Below are positions 26,601 to 39,900 of a DNA stretch of 64,000 bases, piece by piece. A program made the translations under genes and the position numbers. Below the pieces are notes generated by a model, which worked only from the letters and a program-made list of their open reading frames with translations, had not been told where the DNA came from and searched no databases. How positions within the stretch are numbered: the stretch's first letter is position 1; every line of letters begins with the position of its first letter. Where the stretch lies: positions 1,556,757 to 1,620,756 of the forward strand of contig JAAOMT010000134.1 of assembly GCA_016748015.1 (NCBI GenBank). The letters run 5' to 3'. Origin of the DNA: Geosiphon pyriformis uo1 (lineage: Eukaryota; Fungi; Glomeromycota).

Positions 26601-29600
26601 GTGGCAACCACACCAGATACAGCAACTCTAGAGTATTATCAGTTGATTTACACTCACTGCAAGCAAAGATTCAACATTCTAGACGGAATTAAAGTTGTAA
26701 AGAAATCAGTATACCAATACATTGAAAACCACATTAACAATTATTTTTTTGGAAACTACAATATTTCAAAAGTTAGAAGCAACCTCTACAATAATTTAGT
26801 GCACTATTCACAATTGAAAACAGAAGACCTGAACAGTGAAACACTTGCTACCTACTTCCAAGAACTTAATTTTAACATTATTGAGTATTGTGAAAAAAAA
26901 TACCCAGTACAGTTTAAATACTCTTTTGACTTTGAATCAGAGACAGAAACAAGCAACAAAAGCAAACAAAGATTGAAGCAATACTCCAGAACAACTCCAA
27001 ACACTCTAACACTACAAAAGACAACTGCCAAACACTTGCAAACACCTGAACAAGGAACCAGTGTCAAATTACCACTTTCTATTACCCTATTTTCAATTTC
27101 ACTTGTTCAACTACAAACACCAAGTTCACTACTTAGCCGTTTCTTCAGACCAGAAGATTTTCAGTCACCTAAAAATCCTACTCAACAACAGGAACCAATA
27201 TCAACAAGTGCCAATATCATTGATTACTTACAGGAAAACGAAAGTAATCACTCAGAAAGCTTGGAAAGTAAAGAAACTGAATCAGAACCAGAAGAAATTA
27301 CAGAAAACAAAGAAGAAATGACAACTGCTTACATTGCAAAAATCCCAGAATTCACTGGTAAAGATAATGATACCAGTCCTCAAGAATGGCTTGACAAGGT
27401 TCAAAAAGCAAGAGATGCAAATGGTTGGATTGCAGCAAGAATACTCAAAGCAATTCCCTACTTTCTCTAAGGAACAGCAGGAAAATGGTTTGAAAACTTA
27501 GAAGAACTATTTGAAAACTGGCAAGCATTCAAAGATGCTTTTCTACAACAATTCACTAACAACAATACCTCTATCACTCTCAAAAACCGCTTTTGCAATA
27601 TCAAACAAGAAACATCTGAATCTGTTATGACCTATCTTGGAAGATTTAACAAACTTCTCAGACAAATCCGACAATTGGAAACCAATAATTACTATTTTGA
27701 TGCTCAAATTCTGGATCAGTTTATAGCAGGATTGAAAAACAAACTGATTAAGAAAGTCTGCCCACATGCTTCAGCAGACTTAGCAACTACTATTAGACAT
27801 GCAAAAAGCTATGAAATGGCAATGGAAGAAGCAAATTACACCAAGCTTGTAAATTTTGCAATTGGAGAAACCAGTTCAGCAGCTGAAGAAAAAATAGACC
27901 AATTCACAAAAAAGGTTGAAAGCTACTTCACAAACCAACAACAACAGCAACAACAACTACAAAAATATCAACCACCACAATGATGCAACCAAAACAATTT
28001 TGGATCACCTTCCAACAACCAACCTCAAAATTGTTATTATTGTGGAATTTCAGGACACTGGAAACAAGATTGCAGAAAACTACAAAGAGACCAACAAAAC
28101 AGGAGTAATCAACGTTACTCTTTACCACAACAATCATATTACTAATCTCCACCACTAATCTATTATTTACCAAGACCACAAAATTAGAACAGTTACTATC
28201 CACCAGCTTTACAACCAATGCAGCAACAATATCAGCAACCTTTACCAATTCAGCCATATCAGACACCATCCACTTAACAATATCAAGTACTAGCAAGAAG
28301 ATTGGTTCAACATAACCAATTCACACCCCAAAATCAATTGCAGAATAACCACAACAGAATCAATTCAAATAACTAGTTGGTTCCCCGAAATTCAGGTCAG
28401 CAAAGACCCAATTACTATTACACTCAACTCAGTTATCTTACAATACCAGAGGAATCGGATTTTTAACAAACTGCACTTTCTGAAGATGAAGTTGCAGCGC
28501 CAAGATCAAACCCTTCTAACCACACCATTCCATCAGCTTAAATTGCCCAAAATGCTAATCTGTCAGATATATTTCCATTTGAATTTGAAGCAAATGAATC
28601 ACCATTTCTGCTTAGTAATACAGCAGTCAATAAACAGAAAGCAATTACTGCTATGTACACAGAAGCTACAGTAGAAAGAAAACCCATTTGCTTAATCTTA
28701 GATAGTGGATCAGCTGGAAGTATCATCACTTACCAGCTGATACAACAACTTAAACAAAACGTAGACAGACCAGCTCAAACAGTTATTGTCACAGCTGATA
28801 GTATGAAGAAGACTCCAGTAGGAGAAATTGATGATTTCCTTTTTTCAATTGATGGAATCATCATTCTAGTTAAAGTTCTTGTTATAGATGCACCCCAATA
28901 CCAAGCTCTAGTCGGAAATGATTGGTTTCTCAAGGCCAATGCAAACCTAAACTGGGAAACTCAAGAACTTAAAATCTCATACCAAGGACAATATACCATA
29001 GTACCTGCAATCTGTGGTACCTTTAACAAATGATCAGAAAAAGCTCCAGTATTTGAATTTGAAGAGAAAAAAGAAATGCCACTTACTGAAACCTACATGG
29101 CTCTTGAATCAACATCCAATTAGGCTGAAGAAACAGAACAAGAGATTTTTGAAGAATCAAGGGGATGGAAGAAAGTTAGATATTCTACACCAGAACCACA
29201 GAAACAACCACCCTATATTCCACTCAAATGCAAAAATTGCAACAAAAAACTTTCATTAATGAAAGCATGTATTTCTCCAGAAGAGGAATATGAAACTTGT
29301 ACCTGTTACTTTTGCAAAGCATGCCATAGAGAACGATTTGGACCTCCAAAAAGAAATGGAAAATAGGACAACACATCTTGTCTTACATGTGGAGAAATGC
29401 TACCAGAAGAATGCAATTGGATTGATGTAGCAATGAAAAGAGGAGTATGTGATCAAACCTGTCAATATGCTCTATCAATTTCAGAAAAAGTCAGAAGAGG
29501 AACACCATTTGATACAGCATATAACAGTGCTCTCAATAAACTTTACCACTACTCTCATGATGCTGAAATGATTTTTGACCTAGCAATGGCATTAATCAAT

Positions 29601-32225
29601 GGAGCCACCCAAAAAAATGTCCACCAAATGAAAGAAGCTGAATATATTGAGTATACTATAGAATTAGCTGGATTGGATTATGAAGATGAAGTAGAAACCT
29701 ACCACCAAATTGCAAGCCACACATATCTGACCAAAGAAGCTCAAATTCAATAATTAGAGCAAATGAACATTCAATTATGTGAAGAATGTGTTATGCCTTG
29801 TGATGACCAATAGTGTTTAGAATGTTATGCTCTTAGCATTCCTCTGCCAGATGGAAATGATGAAAATAAAATCGAATTTGGAGTATCTGAACTAGTAGAA
29901 GAACTACCAACCACTTCCATCTATCTTCTTGAAAAGCAACCACCTCTACAACTTAAATATTTTGACAACCATGGCCAAGGAATCAGACCAGAAAAAGCAC
30001 ACGAAATTGATACTAGATATGACCTAAGATACCCAGGAAAAGATACTTTGGTTTTCCAACCAAAGTCTTTGACAAAAATCAATCTCAAAATTGCTCTTGA
30101 AATTCTACCAGGAGCAATGGTTCAAATTGCCTTCAGATCATCATTGGCAAGCAAAGGAATCAATATTAGAGGAGGAGTTATAGATGCAGGATACACTAGA
30201 GACATTACCATCATGTTACAGAATGAGACAGACAAATCATTCAAAATTGAACATGCTGAAAAAATTGCCCAAGCAATTTACTTATCCTTAATCAACATTT
30301 CGGGTTTACAATTAGTAAACAACAGAGAATAATTGGGAAAAAGTGAAAGAGGAACTCAAGGTTTTGGTTCAACTGGACAATTTACAGTTCCAATAAACAT
30401 AGCTCTTAATACACAAAATGAATCTCACCAGATTCTTCAACTTCTTCAACCAATTACCATTTCACTTTTTGGAGAACATCACGAAATTTACACTTGCTCA
30501 AAACCCACTACTACCCAACAAATTTTTGAATTCAATGAACAAATTTGTTTGAAGCATGAAATATTAATTCCAAACGTTTATATTCCCAAAGGAATGAAAA
30601 AATTTCAAGTTATATTCTACAACCCCAATAATTACTCTATTGTCTTATTAAACAAATTAGAAATTGGAATCATACACAGCAATATTTTTCAAGATGAAAA
30701 CCCTCAAATTGTCTCTAATTTCATTGAAATTGTAAAGCACACTCTACTCCCAAATCCAAATATCATTTCCACTACTGAAAACTACCACTTATTAGAAGAA
30801 AAACTCTCTCGAATCAATATGAGTCTTTTAAAATCTTAACAACAAAGACAACTGAAACAATTGATAGCTGAATTTGCAGATATATTTGCAAAAGACAACA
30901 ATGACTTGGGAAAAACAGACATTGTTCAACATCAGACCCATACAGGAGATGCTCTACCAAAACGACAACAAGCTTATCAAGTGCCATCTGCAAGCCACCA
31001 ATTCATCAGAGAAGAGGTCCAAAGAATGCTCAATAACGGATTGATTCAACCATTAAGTAGTCCTTGGGCCTCACCAGTAGTTTTAGTTAAAAAGAAAAAC
31101 GAAAAAATCAGATTCTGTGTTGATTATAGACAACTGAATAGTGTTACAATTGGAGATGCCTATCCTTTTCCAAGAATTGATGACATGCTAGATGTTCTAG
31201 GAAAAGCCAAGTTCTTTTCAATTTTAGACCTGGAAAGTGGATACTGGCAAGTCGAAATGGACCCAAAAGATAGACCCAAAACAGCATTCACCACTCAAGG
31301 AGGAAACTATGAGTTTAATGTTATGCCTTTTGGACTTTGCAATGCACCAGCAACATTTCAGTAACTCATGGATGTTGTCTATGAAAGACTCTTGTGGCAA
31401 TCAGTAGTTGTCTATCTTGATTATACTGATGTATACTCACCAAGCTTTGAAGCCCATCTTATTTACTTGTAAGAAGTTTTTTAACGATTACAGAAAGCAG
31501 GATTAAAGTTAAATATTGAGAAATGTTACTTTGAAAAAACAAGCTTAATCTTTTTTGGACACATAGTTAGTAAAGATGGAATCAAACCAAATCCAGGAAC
31601 AATCAGTGCTATCAAAAACTTTCAAACCCCCAAAAATACTACAGAACTAAGAGGATTTGTGGAATTAGTCTCTTACTATCAAAAATTCATAAAAGAATTC
31701 TCAAAAATTGCCAAACCACTCAATTATCTTATCAACAAAAACGTACTATACAAATAGACTGAAGAACAACAAAAAGCTTTTGAAATTCTCAAAACAAAAT
31801 TGACAACAGCCCCAGTTTTTGCTTACCTGGACTTCAACAAATGATTCCAATTAGCCACTAATGTCTCACACATAGCATTTGGTGCTATCTTATCACAATT
31901 GGATGAAAATAGCCAAGAACAAGTTATTGCCTATGCCAGCAGAACACTCAAGCCAACAGAACTCAAATATGGCTCAACTGAATTAGAAGCTGCTGCAGTT
32001 ATTTGGGCTCTTAAACATTTTCAACAATATCTGAAGAATGAAAAAAAATTTGACATAATAACGAACAACATTGGCCTCAAATGGCTCAATAAAAAGAAAA
32101 CTGAACAAAGTGCCAAATAGTCTCGATGGAATGACTTCTTAGCAGACTACAGATATATTGTACACCACAAACCAGAAAAACTACATACCAATGTTGATAG
32201 CCTCTCAAGAATGAGACAAGATTAA
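26601..32225 (+). pseudogene. Element E polyprotein: extension, Gag, PR, Cys-rich domain, dUTPase, dUTPase-like repeat, RT, RNase H
   Basis: GTG 26601; capsid ATG 27318; CYYCGISGHWKQDC; LILDSGSAGS; RSSLA, GGVIDAGY, IAQ, RGTQGFGSTG; RFCVDYRQLN; ends VDSLSRMRQD-stop at 32223-32225. Confidence 0.93.
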
Positions 32226-32282
32226 TACCAACAACAATTCCACCACAACTTACCAACTTATTAACAAAATAACCAAACAAGA

Positions 32283-33669
32283 ATAGATCTCAGAAATTAC
32301 AGCAATCTTAAAAATTATTTGAAGACTCTTACCATGCCAAAAAACTGGTCTCCAAGTAAAAAACACCACTTACAACACCAATCAAAACAATATTTCATAC
32401 ACCAGAACAAAATTTATTATAAAAATCACAGAAAACCAAACCAGCCACTCAGATTAGTACAAGAGAATGAAAAAGAAACAATTTTATACAACATGTACAC
32501 AGATTTGTCTTCAGCATACTTGGGAAAAGAGGAAACAATTCAAAGAACTCTTGAACATTATTTTTGGCCTCACATGCAAAAAGACATTTGACAATATGTA
32601 GAATCTTGTGATAATTGTCAAAGAAAAGAAGGAACTCGCCCCACAAAACCTTTAAATCCAATCAAAGTTGGACAACCTTTTGACAGAGTTGAAATTGATT
32701 TAGTCGGACCATTACCTATCACAACCCAAGAAAATCATTATATTGCAGTTGCAGTGGATTATCTTACCAAATGGCCTGAAGCTAGAGCCATCCAAAGAAC
32801 AGATGCAAAATCAGTAGCAAATTTTATCTATGAAGACATTATCTGTAGACATGGATGTCCAATTGAACTTTTATCTGATCAAGGAACATATTTTGTGAAC
32901 AACTTGATACAAGAAATTTGTAAACATTTCAATGTCAAAAGACCTCTATCATCACCTTATCACCCTTAAACAAATGGACTTGTAGAATATTTCAACAGAA
33001 CATTGTGTGAATCTCTAGCCAAAGTCTCAACAGACTTTGAGCAGGAATGGGATATCTTTATTTCATCAGTGTTACTAGCATACAAAACACTTAAACAAGA
33101 TACTACAAAACACACACCATTTGATCTTACTTATGGAAAGACAGCAACATTACCAATTAATTTCATAGTGGAAACATACCCAGTACAACCAATCAATGAA
33201 AAAAACTTTCAAGAGACACTCCAAAAAAGAGCCTACACTCTTCTTAGTATACTGGAAGGAAAAAAAAAGAATAGCAGCAACTCATATTGAACATTCCCAA
33301 GCTCAACAAAAAGAAAGACATGACAACAAATTACCACCTATTACCAACGAATTTAAAGTTGGAAATAAAGTTTTCTTACACAGAACTAAGACTGAAAAAC
33401 AATGGAGTGGAAAATTTGAAAACAAATGGGATGGACCATTTTATATTCACGAAATTCTAGACAATGGATTATATAAGTTAAGATTTGATGACAAAATATT
33501 AGCAAAAGTTGCACATAAAGACAGATTGAAACACTATCATTCCAGAAACAATCTTGAACCATTAATTTCACAAATTGGTATACATTCCCCTTTAATTAAT
33601 CTTGAAGATATTCCCCAAAATTTAGAACCAATAATTATAATAGAACAACAACCAAACTTGAACACTTAA
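32283..33669 (+). pseudogene. Element E integrase (separate ORF; start codon decayed to ATA)
   Basis: HHCC remnant, IDLVGP, SDQG, KWDGPFYI, and tail PQNLEPIIIIEQ. Confidence 0.9.
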
Positions 33670-33811
33670 ATTTTACAATAATTCTCTAATAAAAACACAA
33701 AGACAAAAATAGTAAATAATTACAAAACACCCAAACCCAAAAACAAATAAAAACCCCATATCCAAAAATAATTTTTTTTATTCTCTCTTTTCATAATTAG
33801 TCAATTTTATC

Positions 33812-33872
33812 ATGATTATTCTCCGAAATATTCAACAAATATCCCAAAAATTAATGTTAGCCTTGAAAACAC
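33812..33872 (+). CDS. Element E ORF3 start (remainder in gap)
   Basis: MIILRNIQQISQKLMLALKT matches the ORF3 N-terminus of B. Confidence 0.75.
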
Positions 33873-34120
33873 NNNNNNNNNNNNNNNNNNNNNNNNNNNN
33901 NNNNNNNNNNNNNNNNNNNNNNNNNNNNNNNNNNNNNNNNNNNNNNNNNNNNNNNNNNNNNNNNNNNNNNNNNNNNNNNNNNNNNNNNNNNNNNNNNNNN
34001 NNNNNNNNNNNNNNNNNNNNNNNNNNNNNNNNNNNNNNNNNNNNNNNNNNNNNNNNNNNNNNNNNNNNNNNNNNNNNNNNNNNNNNNNNNNNNNNNNNNN
34101 NNNNNNNNNNNNNNNNNNNN

Positions 34121-35080
34121 ATGAAATTACCCTTATAATTCCTATAATTCATTAGTATATTAATATCATTTCAAATTATCATTTATTATTTAATCAATTA
34201 TCACATATCACAATTCAATTAAAATAATCTAATTAGTATAACAGAAAGTAGGATGATTAAATTACACAATACCCTGAACTTTGTAACATTCAAAAATTTG
34301 CCGAAATTTACAGAAATTCGCCGAAATTTATAAGAAATTCGCCGAAATTATGAATAGTTCACCCAAATTAATCAATAATTCAGCGAAATAACTTGTAGTT
34401 CATCAAAATGTATTTTTAGTTCACCAAAATTTGAGCAAAGAGAAAAAGTACAAGTTCATAGACTAGTACTACAACAAATTGTATAAAAGAAGAGCTTTTC
34501 TCTTCTGGAAAATGTATCTTACTTTAGATTTATCACTTTGAACTATTTCTATACACACAAAAAGAAATAAATATCAAATAATTCAAAAAACCAAATTCTT
34601 TAATTATTGCACTTGAAAAATCTTCAAAACCCAACTAACGTTTTGAAATTGATTAGCTACCAATTTCAATAATCTGTTAGTAACTTCAGGCCTAGATAGA
34701 AAATGCTTCTCTTAATAAAATCCTATTTCTTTTACATTTCTTTTATTTTTCTTTTCTTTTCTTATTACAATCATTAAGGTAGCCTACAGACGAGATTCCT
34801 GTAGAAGAGTTGACTTTTACAGTAAAGTAACTACACATTTTTAGTGAGCTTCTAGACGAGCAATTCCTGGAAAAGAGTTGACATTTACTACAACGTAACT
34901 ACATAAAGTAACTGGTAAAGAATTGGCCATTCCATGTATAAACCCAGCAATTCAAATTATAGGAGATAATTTGAGGATAAATTCAGTTATTGGAGGTTCA
35001 ACTACTTCTAAAAAACGTGAATTTGCAACCAATAGACATTTACAAGATTCAAGAAAAGAGACCAAAAACCTCCAGTAACA
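34121..35080 (+). repeat. 3' LTR of E (first bases in gap)
   Basis: Repeat of 25764-26555 with a longer U3. Confidence 0.93.
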
Positions 35081-35481
35081 GTGGATAAGTTGTTTTTTCT
35101 CACAAAATGTTTTAATTGTGGTAGTATTCTTGTGTCAAATAATTGCTTTGTTTTATCTGTATATAGATTCTGAATATTCATGTGTTGTCCCAAGTAAAAA
35201 TAACAATAGTTTCTTGGAAATTGTTGTATCCATCAATTCCAAGTTTCTTTAGTCAACTCTTGGTATAGTGACTCTTTTGTTGACTCTTTTATTGCTAATT
35301 TTACTTTCACAATAATTTTGTCAATAGTATTTTCTGTTTTTTTTTGTGTTCTATGTGGCAATGTCTTTCTAGTGTCTTGATATCAGATGGTTTGTTGATT
35401 AATTATAATTTCCATCTCTTGGTGTTGAATTAATTGAAAGAGTTGTTGTGCTAGTGAGTGAATGTTGTCTGTAATTTCCAT
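35081..35481 (-). pseudogene. Element D ORF3, 5' part
   Basis: ATG 35481 MEITDNIHSLAQQLFQL...PRNYCYFYLGQHMNIQNLY. Confidence 0.78.
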
Positions 35482-35535
35482 TTTTCTGATATTTCTTGTC
35501 ACATCTACTATGTTTTTATATATTCTTTTGATGGA

Positions 35536-36915
35536 TTAATTTAACGTATTATTGTCAATGATGATGATTGGTTTCAGATTTCGTGGAATCTCCTCTGGTT
35601 GAACTAGTATCTTCTGTATTTCTAATTGTGGAATATTACTGATGGATGGTTGTGTGATGTTGTGATATGGTTTCAGTCGATCTCCATGTGCTGCTTTGGT
35701 TAAGATTTTGTTATCCAGTCTTAATTTGTAAGCTCCATTCTCTAGAATTCTTTCTATGTAAAATGGTTTATCTTATTTGGAGTTGAATTTCTATTCTATT
35801 GTTTTTCCACTTTGGTATGATGTAAGAGTACTTTGTCTCCAATCTTGAATTCAACTGGTTTGTCTGGTAGTTGATTATCATGTCTTTCTTTCTGTTTCTC
35901 TTGTGACTTTTGTATATTATCAGCTGCTTTTCTTTGTTTGTTTTCCAATGTTTTCATTAAGTTATATGTTCTTCTTAACAATGTTTCTTGGAAATTCTCT
36001 TCTGTTATTGGTTCAGTTGGATATGTATTAACTTCTATCTCAACTGGTAATGTTGCTGTTCTACTGTATATCAATTCAAATAGTGTTGCTTGTGTGGTGT
36101 TTTGCTTCATTGTCTGATAAGCAAATAATACTGATAGTATGAACAAATCCCATTTGTCCTGGTTTTCTTGGCTGAGTTTTGCTATTGCTTCACACAATAT
36201 TTTATTAAATCTTTCAACTAATCCATTGGTTTGTGAATAGTATGATAATAATAGTGGTCTCTTAATTCCAAATCTTCGGCTTAGTTCTGTTAATGTTTTA
36301 TTCACAAAATGGGTTTCTTGGTCTAATAATAGTTCTTTTGGACATCCATGTCAACAAATCAGATCTTGATGGATAAATTTGGCAACAAATTTTGCATCTG
36401 CTCTTTAAATTGCTTTGGCTTCTGGCCATTTAGTAAGATAGTCCATAACTACTGCAATATATCTGTTGTCTCTGCTGGTAATTGTCAATGGTCTGGCTAA
36501 ATTGATTCCAATACAGTCAAATGGTTGTCCCACTTTGATTGGTCTCAATGGTTTGCTGGGTCTTGTTCCTTCTCTTCTTTAACAAGCATTACAATTTTGC
36601 ACATATTAGATGATGTCTGGATACATTGATGGCCAATAGTATCTCTTTTTGGTTCTTTCCATGGTTGCTTCTTTATGGAAATGTTCTGCAGTTGGATTTG
36701 AATGCATGTTGAACAGTATTGTCTCTTTTTCTGATTCTGTAATTACTCTGGTTGGTTGATCTGAATCTTTTCTCTTTTTCCGATAAAATATATTTTGGTG
36801 AGTAATAAAATATTTGGATTGTTGTTTGATTTTCTTTTGTTCTGGTTGAAATAATTTCTCCTTAAACTGTTGAGTATCTATATAATGTTGAAGTTGTTAA
36901 TATTTTTGTGAGTAT
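35536..36915 (-). pseudogene. Element D integrase (separate ORF; start decayed)
   Basis: H..AEHF..YYWP..CNAC, QTNGLVERFN, NGAYKL, HGDRLK, tail PRNLKPIIIID. Confidence 0.88.
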
Positions 36916-36952
36916 TGTTTGGGTTTTGTTATATTTTTGGGTTGAAATGTTC

Positions 36953-39900
36953 TTAAATTTGTCTCATTTGCGACAAACTGTCGACATTTCCATTGTCTTT
37001 TCTCTTTTTATAATGTATGATATAAGTATATAACACAAGTGCCATTTTCCATTTTGACTGTCTTCCATCTCCAAATTCTTGTTTTTGGAATGATGTCAAT
37101 CTTTTGTGATCTGTGTACATCTCAAACTTTTGGCTCAAGTATTCTTTCCATTTCATAACTGCCCAATAGATTGCTAAATATTCTAATTCTGGTGTTCCAT
37201 AATTCTTTTTGGCTGGTGTTAAACCTCGGCTGGCATATGTGACTGGATGTTCTCTTCTATCCAATCCTCTCTGAGATAGTACTGCTCCCAATGCTTGATC
37301 TGATGCATCAATGGTGATAATGAATGGTTTACTATAATCTGAATAGATCAATATTGGAGCTTAAATAAGCTTTCTTCTTAAGATGTCAAATGCTTCTTGC
37401 TGAGTTTCAGTCTATTCATACTTTGCATTTTTGGTTTGAAGATCATTAAGTGGTTGTGCTATTTTTGAAAAGTTTTTTATGAAGTGTCTATAATAACTTG
37501 CGAATCCCAAGAATGATTTTAGCTCAGTTATGTTGGTTGGTATTAGAAAGTTTTTTACTATCTTTATTTTCTTTGGATCTGTTTTTATGCTGTCTTTGCT
37601 AACTATGTGTCCCAAGAATTTTAGTTCTGTTTTGCCAAAAAAACACTTTGTTGCATTCAATTTTAATTCTGCTCATTGTAGTCTTTCGAACACTTGTTGG
37701 AGATAATGTAAATAATCATCAAATGTTTTTGAGAACACATTGGTGTCATCCAAGTATACAACTACTGATTTTCACAATAAGCTGGTATACACAATTTCCA
37801 TTAGCCATTGGAAGGTTGCTGGGGCATTGGTTAAGCTAAATGGCATTACTTCAAATTTGAAATTCCCTTTCCTTGTGATGAATGCCATTTTCTCTTTGTT
37901 GGCTGGATCCATGGCTACTTGCCAGTAATCATTATCTAAGTCCAATATTGAAAACCATTTGTTTTCTCCAAAAGCATTGAATAACTCTTGGATTTGTGAA
38001 GTTGGATAACTGTCTCCATGAGTTATACCATTGAGTTTTCTGTAATCCACACAAAAGCGAATCTTTCTATTCTTCTTATAGACGAGTATTACAGGTGATG
38101 ACTATGGGCTCATTGATGACTGAATCAAGCATTCGGTTGATTTCTTGGTGAATAATTTTATGGCTGGCTGGTAGTACCCTATATGCTCACTGTTTGATTG
38201 GCATTGCATCTCCAGTCTTGATCTGATGCTGAATAATATCAGTTCTGTTAAATTCATTTTCACTGGCAAAGATGTCATTGAAATTATTGAGTAATGTCTT
38301 TAGTTACATTTGTTGAAGTGGGTCTAGATTTCCTATGTTCATCTGTTCCAATTGTTTTGGCTATAACAGATAACATTTGTTTTGTCTGTAGATGGTTTGT
38401 AATGTAATGTCCACATATCCACAAAGCTGTGGAAAATCTGGAATGCTGCTTGGTGCTTGATCTTCAATTTCCGTGGTTTAATATCTGAGAGTGGTTCCTT
38501 TCGGTATCTTTACAACATTTCCAGTGTTGTTGTAGATGGAAATTTTGATATAGTTATAACTCTTGGCTGGTATGTGTAAATTGATAAGTCCAATTTCTCC
38601 TAATTCACAAAGGGTTGCTTCTGCTTCAAAAATCTGTTCTTGTTCTTTCTTTTTTCTTTCTATTGCTAACATGTATTGGCTATATGGTAAAATGGAAATT
38701 GTTTAACTGGTTGAGATAATTTCTCCTTGGCCAATAATTTCTTCCTCCACTATATTAACTGGTACATCTATTCTACCTGTGAATCCAAATCTCTATATTC
38801 CTCTTGCTGTTATCCCTAATTCTTCTCTGTTTCCTATTGGCACTAATTAAGCTACTTTAACCAGAGACAGAAATATTGCCTGTACTATCTTTTCATTTGG
38901 CTCTATAATATAGGCCTTTTCTGAGTTATTTTGTAGCATGGCGATGATATTTCCCACATATTCCACATCAATTATTCCTTTTCTGATATTTATTCTTTTT
39001 TTTGCTAGACTACTTCTAGATGCTAATTAAACCATTGTTGTTGCCAGAATTTCCAGTACTATTTTCAAATCAATGTAGGTGCATAAATGTGGTTCCAATT
39101 TGATAGCATCTTTTCCTGAATACCTCAAATCAAATCTGGTATTAGTATCATGCACGTGTTCTGGCATGATATCTTTATTGTTATCGCTAAACCATTTAAG
39201 TTCTTGTTCCTTTGTGAGGTCAGGGATTGTGATATATTGTTCATATTTTAAATTGGAGTTTGAATCTGAGTTGGAATTATCATTGTTGTTATTGTCATAT
39301 TGGACGGAGCTAGAACTGGTGTTTTTGTTGTTGTCATTGTCGAAATTTGAATTGGGATCAAACAGTGATTCTGATTCTGATACACAGTTGCTGATTGATT
39401 CTTCCTTTTCTGGGATCATGTAAATTATGCATGATGGTGGATTGTAGATGAGGTCATATTCATTACAATACTCAAAATCACTGGAGATTAAACAATGGTA
39501 ACACAGTTTTGTATTTAATTGTTCTAGCCATTGCTCTTGCTCTTCTCTAGTGGGAGCTAATTCTTGGTAGTTTTTGTGGAATTGTTCTGAATCTAGAAGA
39601 TTTATGATTGATTCTGGGTCCCAATCAAGTTCTATGAATTTTGGTGGGTTGTTTTTAACTGTCTTGATTTCTTCTGGTGACGCACCTTTGATTTTGGCAA
39701 GTGCCATTTGCCATATTTCATTGTCATTGTGTGGACAACTGTCCAATCGATGCATGGTCTTTCTCCAAGCGGCTTCAATTGGTGTCCCTTTCCTAACTCA
39801 GTTGCTAATGAGAATCATGTATTGGCACAATTCATTACATGTTCCACCTTTCCCAGGAATGTTATTCCACATTCCTTCGTTAAGGAAAGTTTCTCCACAA

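Larger units (their letters stand above)
25732..35080 (+). mobile_element. Ty3/Gypsy LTR retrotransposon E (same family as B)
   Basis: Starts TGTTACCAG and ends CAGTAACA; decayed TSD GTAA (25728-25731) / GTGG (35081-35084); PBS at 26558. Confidence 0.94.

Noticed and set aside
33873-34120. Apparently short ORF3 region in E
   Set aside because: It is an N gap of estimated size, so no deletion can be inferred.
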